IMG/VR virus record: IMGVR_UViG_3300009184_000029
Location: 158,830 to 222,829 of that record
Reading direction: 5' to 3' (one strand)
DNA: 64,000 nucleotides
Shown here: positions 59,094-64,000 of the stretch, piece by piece
Position numbering within the stretch: the first letter of the stretch is position 1
How the letters are laid out: every line of letters starts with the position of its first letter
Notes under the pieces: model-generated
Seen by the model: the letters and a program-made list of their open reading frames with translations, nothing else
The model's database searches: none
Told to the model about the DNA's origin: nothing
Translations under genes and position numbers: made by a program

Positions 59094-59965
59094 TATTCTT
59101 CAGAAAGAGAATTGATAACATCATTTACATTAAAAATTTCATCTTCATTGAAATATGGAAATTCAATTGGTTCTCCCAAAATATTAAACTTATACAAATA
59201 TGAATTTTTTAATTCGGGTTTTTTAGTGAAAGGATTGTTAACGATATTATGATTGTTTTCATATCCAAATACTATGGGAGAATTTACAATCCATAAAACT
59301 GTTGAGTTAAGTCCTAATGCAGTTGCAGTATGTTGAGCAAAACTATCCATAAATAAACGCTTTGAACTCATCCCAATAACTGACGCAATCGCTCTGAAAT
59401 TATCTGTTATAGATACTGTATCTTTCAAAGATATTTGGTCTTCTCTTCTAATATGGAAAATGGTATAAGCAAATTTAAACTTATTAACAACTTGTTGAGC
59501 GATGTTATCAGGGATGTCTCTCGCCCAAGAGTATTTCAAATCTTGTTCAATACCTCCATTTGTTTGAATAACCATAATAGGTTTATCAGTTGCGTATTTA
59601 TTAGAATAAAATTTAAATTCTCTATCCGTTAAATAAACTTTTGGTTGTTCTCCTTCATACTCTAAACCGAACAATTTACACCAAGTTTCAATTACGTGTT
59701 CTTTTTGTGTTATATGTTCAGCTTCCAAGTAGGGGTCGTGAGCAAATAGTTTGAAATCTTTACCATCAATATAATCAGAATAGAAATATTTGTGTTCACC
59801 GAAAGCAAATGCTCGGTCCACAAAAGGATTATTCATAAACACATCAGGATATCCTGATACTACAATTAGATTACAATCAGGATATGTTTTTTTAATTACT
59901 TCGGCAACTGCGGTTGCGATTACACATTTACCAATACCACCATTTATTTGAAAAATAATATTCAT
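59093..59965 (-). CDS. Glycosyltransferase, GT9 (heptosyltransferase)-like fold
   Basis: GGIGKCVIATA (GxGD variant), NNPFVD, FMDSFAQH..TALG. Confidence 0.72.
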   Translation of the reverse strand: MNIIFQINGGIGKCVIATAVAEVIKKTYPDCNLIVVSGYPDVFMNNPFVDRAFAFGEHKYFYSDYIDGKDFKLFAHDPYLEAEHITQKEHVIETWCKLFGLEYEGEQPKVYLTDREFKFYSNKYATDKPIMVIQTNGGIEQDLKYSWARDIPDNIAQQVVNKFKFAYTIFHIRREDQISLKDTVSITDNFRAIASVIGMSSKRLFMDSFAQHTATALGLNSTVLWIVNSPIVFGYENNHNIVNNPFTKKPELKNSYLYKFNILGEPIEFPYFNEDEIFNVNDVINSLSEE

Positions 59966-60024
59966 AATTAATTTTTTTAAAAAAAATAATTTAAGAATAT
60001 TATTGGTAAATAGAAATCCAATAA

Positions 60025-60258
60025 TTAAAAATAAATTTGACTAATAAAATCTTGAATTGACGATGTTATTTGACCGTCAAGAGTAAATTCACCATTTTGA
60101 AAGAAGTATAAACTATTCCCTAATTCAATCTCACAAGAATTATCACTATCTATATTGTACCCATTTTGATACATATCAAATGTAAAATAATGGTCTTGAT
60201 TATTAAAATTTAATCCGTTTGGTATTTTATTAATTTCTAGCATATTTTTAAATTTCAT
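60025..60258 (-). CDS. Small hypothetical protein downstream of fibre gene (possible fibre chaperone)
   Basis: Position after fibre gene; start may be at MLEINK (60243). Confidence 0.55.
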   Translation of the reverse strand: MKFKNMLEINKIPNGLNFNNQDHYFTFDMYQNGYNIDSDNSCEIELGNSLYFFQNGEFTLDGQITSSIQDFISQIYF

Positions 60259-63200
60259 TTATTGAGTAATACGATACAAATGTTGTATCTGACGCACTTG
60301 AATTAAGTATACTATACATAACAAATTGATTAACAGTCCAGTCAATTGTTAAAGTTGTAACAGCACTTGTACTTGTATTAACATCATCTTGAACGTTGGT
60401 TATTGATGTATTAAACACTTCCGTTGTTCCTCCCTTAACTGCCGCAGTTCTTGATAAATCAGTATAAAGAATTGTTAATCCACTATTAAATTGACCGACT
60501 ATTTGAGCTCCGGTTAAGTTTAGAGTTGTATTAACACTTATTCTGTAGTTGGCTGCGGCATTTACTCCTACTTTACGGTACCTGGCTTTAAATAAAACAA
60601 TATCTCCGGTTGTAATTGTATTTGCAGGAATTAATACCGATTGTACTAATTGATAAGAACCTGTCGTTGTGTTTCCAGAACTATCAACCCCACTTGAAAT
60701 TTTTGTAACTATATTTCCACCTCTTGATGATATTGTTACCGCGGATATTGTTGTAGCAGAAATTGTTGTCGCAGACATTGTTGTTGCAGATATAGTTCCT
60801 GTTATAATATTGTTTGTGTAAAGTGTACACGCTGATGTCGCATTTAATCCACAACCAATCGCGAATGAATAGTTACCTGTAACAGTGTTACCACTACCAC
60901 CTAATATACCCGAATACTGACCACTAACTATGTTACGGGTGCCACCACCTATGAATGAATATGAACATCTAGCACTATTACAAAGACCTCCACCTATTGA
61001 TGAATATACTGCAAGAGTTCCCGACGTACCTGATATAGTATTATTACCACCTCCTAAAATTGCTCCGGTAGTATCATAAATACGATTACAATAACCTCCA
61101 CTAATAGTTGAATGACTTGTTTGACTACTACTACCAATAGAAGTTATAAGATTACATCCTCCTCCACCAATAACACTAGTGTAAATGTATCCTCCAACCT
61201 GATTTTGAATACAATTTTTCCATCCAGAAGGAATTCCTATATAAAATCCACCATTAATTATATTTTGGTCTCCACCACCAATAAACGAGTTTGAATTAAT
61301 TGAACCAATGTTGTTATTTGACCCTCCACCAACAAATGAATAATTTCCATTTGAAACATTTGATTGACCCCCAACGATAACGTTACAATTACCGTAAGTA
61401 GAATTTGATTGTCCCGCGCCTATGAAATTTCCTCCACTACCATAATAACTTGAGCTAGTAGTATTTTGGTAACCACCTACAATTACACTTCTATCGTTTG
61501 GATAGTATTGACTTGATGTATGACAATTTAAGACACCATTACCAATAAATGAGTAACTACTGTCAGTTTTGTTACAAAACCCTGTAGCTATAAAATTACC
61601 GGTCCCACACGGAATTAAATTACAAAACCCTCCACCAATTATTGAATTAGTTCCGTTATTGATGTTACAATATCCATTAAGTATTGTACTACATCCACCT
61701 GCAACAGAATTCTTAAATCCCCCACCAATAAATTGTCCAATAGGAACTGACAGATAATTACCGCAACCTCCTCCAATAAACCCAAAATTACCGGCAATTG
61801 TATTACCTGAACCACCACCAATGAATGAATAACTACAACAAACGTTATTTCTAACACCTGAACTTATTGAGCTAAAACAAGAAGTTGATGCGGTCATCGT
61901 ATTACCCGTACCACCGCCAATAAATGAATACGCTCCACCGGCAATATTACAAAGTCCTCCAGCTATGGTAGATGTATTACCGCTTGAGACGTTGAGACAA
62001 CCCCCACCAATAAATGAATATGTCCCTGAATTGGTATTACCTGAACCACCAGTTATTTTTCTTATCGTTGCAGTTGTTGCAGATATTGTATTTGCACTTA
62101 AACCTCCTGTGAATATAGTTGCTCCTGATACGGTTCCACCTGTAAATGTTCCACCTCCACCTGTTGAACTTATTGTATAGTTACCACTACCATTATTTGT
62201 AATTGTTATATTAGTTCCTTGAGTTAATCCACTAACAGGTAAGTTATTGTATGTTGTTGCAGATATTGTGTTAGCACTTAACCCACCTGTTATTATGTTA
62301 TTAGTATATAACGTACAGTTAGCCGTAGCATTTAATCCACAACCAATAGCCGAAGAAAAACTACCACTAACAGTATTACCACTACCTCCGAGTGCCATAC
62401 CGTAACTACCACTAACAGTATTACCTCTACCTGTTCCAATAAAACTAGAAGAACCACCTGATGTAATAATATTTAAAGTGCCACCTCCAATAAATGAACA
62501 GTTACCACCCGCAGTATTTTTACCTCCACCAACAACTGACGATGTTACTCCGCTAGTAATATTTTGAAGTCCCCCTCCAATAAATGAATAAGAGCAACAA
62601 GAAGTATTTAAACCACCTCCAACAACACTAGCGGAACTTCCACACGATTTATTAGCAATACCACCACCCACAAAAGAATAGGTACTATAAGTATTATTTA
62701 ATGCACCACCAACAACTACTGATGCCAACCCTGATGCGGTATTACCTGTACCAGCCAACGATGCCGAAAAATCAGCAGTTGCATTATTTCCAACCCCACA
62801 TCTAATTGACGATGTAGTACATGAACCCTGAATTATGACAGGACTTACAGGTGTATAATTTGTCAATAAACCGTTAGTACTTGAACAAACTGCTTGTCCT
62901 GAAGATAACGCACTTGAGTAGATTGACCCACAAGAACAAAAATCATTTGTATAAAATGTATTAGGACAAGATGCCACAATATTACATCCAAACACACCAA
63001 TAAATGAATCGGACACAAAATTATTCATACCTCCAATTATCACCGAATTAGACATTTTTGCAGTACCAGAAATAGAATTTAAACATCCATTAAGGATTGT
63101 GGAAAACTGTGGCCCAAAAGATGGATAACCTGAAATTGTGTTTTGATTTCCCCCACCAATAAATGAATAATATCCCGACGAAGTATTTAAAGTTCCTCCA

Positions 63201-64000
63201 CCAACAAATGAATACGACCCACTTGTGGTATTACAATATCCGCCGACAACACTTGATGTATTCCCACTTGCAATGTTAGCTGAACCTCCTCCTACGGTTG
63301 AGTAATTACCACTTGCTGTGTTACCTACCCCACCACCTACGGTTGAGTTGAGTCCAGTTGAGTTGTTTTTATATCCACCACCAATAGTTGAATATTTACT
63401 ACTTGAGGTGTTACAATACCCCCCACTTACGGTTGAGTTATAGTTACTTGATGTATTACAACGTCCACCACCTACGGTTGAATAAAATCCACTCGATGTA
63501 TGAAAACCTCCTCCTCCGATTGTTGAAAAATAATTGCTTGACGTATTACTTCCACCTCCACCAACAAATGAATAATTACCTGATGAAGTATTTGAAGTTC
63601 CCCCTCCAATAATCGAATATGTCCCACTTGCTGTGTTACCACCCCCACCTCCAACAAATGAGTAATTACCCGAAGCGGTATTACCCGAACCTCCCAAAGA
63701 AGCCCCATAATCACCCTTAGCAGTATTATTTACCCCACATCTAACAGTTGAGTTAATTCCTATACCTGTAATGTATAAAACACTTGGTAAATCTATATTG
63801 TTTGAAAATGGTGTTATTCCATAAGAATAATGTTGGGTACCCTCAGTAACTAAAGTTATTGAATGTGATTGATTACCTGTATTTGTTGCTCTTACTTTTA
63901 CAACAATTCTGTCAGTTGTATTTATTGATGAACCCGAATAATATCCATCCGTCAATTGCATTGATGGATTTGGGGAATTTGTAGTTACTGGTGTCGGGTC
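60248..64000 (-). CDS. Giant Gly/Ser/Asn/Cys 15-aa-repeat (beta-helix/YadA-head-like) fibre protein; 5'-truncated by window
   Basis: Frame is open from nt 64000 (DPTPVTTNSPNPSM...); three blocks of SGNYSF(I/V)GGGxxNT repeats. Confidence 0.75.
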   Translation of the reverse strand, partial: DPTPVTTNSPNPSMQLTDGYYSGSSINTTDRIVVKVRATNTGNQSHSITLVTEGTQHYSYGITPFSNNIDLPSVLYITGIGINSTVRCGVNNTAKGDYGASLGGSGNTASGNYSFVGGGGGNTASGTYSIIGGGTSNTSSGNYSFVGGGGSNTSSNYFSTIGGGGFHTSSGFYSTVGGGRCNTSSNYNSTVSGGYCNTSSSKYSTIGGGYKNNSTGLNSTVGGGVGNTASGNYSTVGGGSANIASGNTSSVVGGYCNTTSGSYSFVGGGTLNTSSGYYSFIGGGNQNTISGYPSFGPQFSTILNGCLNSISGTAKMSNSVIIGGMNNFVSDSFIGVFGCNIVASCPNTFYTNDFCSCGSIYSSALSSGQAVCSSTNGLLTNYTPVSPVIIQGSCTTSSIRCGVGNNATADFSASLAGTGNTASGLASVVVGGALNNTYSTYSFVGGGIANKSCGSSASVVGGGLNTSCCSYSFIGGGLQNITSGVTSSVVGGGKNTAGGNCSFIGGGTLNIITSGGSSSFIGTGRGNTVSGSYGMALGGSGNTVSGSFSSAIGCGLNATANCTLYTNNIITGGLSANTISATTYNNLPVSGLTQGTNITITNNGSGNYTISSTGGGGTFTGGTVSGATIFTGGLSANTISATTATIRKITGGSGNTNSGTYSFIGGGCLNVSSGNTSTIAGGLCNIAGGAYSFIGGGTGNTMTASTSCFSSISSGVRNNVCCSYSFIGGGSGNTIAGNFGFIGGGCGNYLSVPIGQFIGGGFKNSVAGGCSTILNGYCNINNGTNSIIGGGFCNLIPCGTGNFIATGFCNKTDSSYSFIGNGVLNCHTSSQYYPNDRSVIVGGYQNTTSSSYYGSGGNFIGAGQSNSTYGNCNVIVGGQSNVSNGNYSFVGGGSNNNIGSINSNSFIGGGDQNIINGGFYIGIPSGWKNCIQNQVGGYIYTSVIGGGGCNLITSIGSSSQTSHSTISGGYCNRIYDTTGAILGGGNNTISGTSGTLAVYSSIGGGLCNSARCSYSFIGGGTRNIVSGQYSGILGGSGNTVTGNYSFAIGCGLNATSACTLYTNNIITGTISATTMSATTISATTISAVTISSRGGNIVTKISSGVDSSGNTTTGSYQLVQSVLIPANTITTGDIVLFKARYRKVGVNAAANYRISVNTTLNLTGAQIVGQFNSGLTILYTDLSRTAAVKGGTTEVFNTSITNVQDDVNTSTSAVTTLTIDWTVNQFVMYSILNSSASDTTFVSYYSINEI
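60800..63720 (-). repeat. Three arrays of degenerate 45-bp (15-aa) coding repeats
   Basis: Recurrent CCACCAATAAATGAATA / CCACCTACGGTTGA at ~45-nt period on the plus strand. Confidence 0.85.

Noticed and set aside
60800-63720. 45-bp periodic repeats as a CRISPR array or DGR template/variable repeat
   Set aside because: In-frame degenerate coding repeats; differences are not adenine-specific and there is no reverse transcriptase or cas operon in the window.
1-64000. Stop-codon reassignment (as in some large Bacteroidota phages)
   Set aside because: Conserved genes are full length under code 11; TAA, TGA and TAG (dnaJ) all end genes at expected positions.
1-64000. tRNA, rRNA or other structured ncRNA genes
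   Set aside because: Intergenic gaps are under about 100 nt and no cloverleaf or T-loop signatures were seen by eye; a covariance-model scan would be needed to exclude them fully.

Overview
A 64 kb internal segment of a large, AT-rich, contractile-tailed (myovirus-type, probably jumbo) phage genome in the standard genetic code. Both terminal ORFs run off the window. A Bacteroidota host is inferred from A-rich starts lacking Shine-Dalgarno sites, TTTG..TAnnTTTG promoters, a Bacteroidota-type RpoD, SprB repeats and an Hc1-family protein. Layout: (1) end of a baseplate-hub-like gene; (2) replication/recombination block (gp32-like SSB, RecA/UvsX, 5'-3' exonuclease, DnaB helicase, class Ia nrdB/nrdA); (3) a ~30 kb baseplate/virion module (gp25, gp6/J, gp7-like, several large unknowns), followed by modular Cys-rich proteins built from SprB-like domains and mucin-like Pro/Thr linkers; (4) RuvC-like nuclease, primase, PD-(D/E)XK nuclease, an oddly split SbcD/SbcC pair and a sigma70 factor; (5) a degenerate amidase/membrane cluster, probable internal head proteins, an unannotated Hc1-like gene and DnaJ; (6) a minus-strand operon with a giant 15-aa-repeat fibre gene, GT9-like glycosyltransferase, SET-domain protein, sulfotransferase and a 26-codon APS-kinase remnant. 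The most promising undescribed signals are a candidate virion glycosylation/sulfation system (pervasive [ST]-[GA]-x-T motif in structural proteins, modular Pro/Thr-linked appendages and phage-encoded modifying enzymes), a TA(T/A)TTATA late-promoter candidate 5-7 nt before start codons (implying leaderless mRNAs), and an Hc1 + SET pairing. No tRNA, rRNA, CRISPR array, intron/intein or IS element was seen. All family assignments are by eye from motifs, not from database searches.
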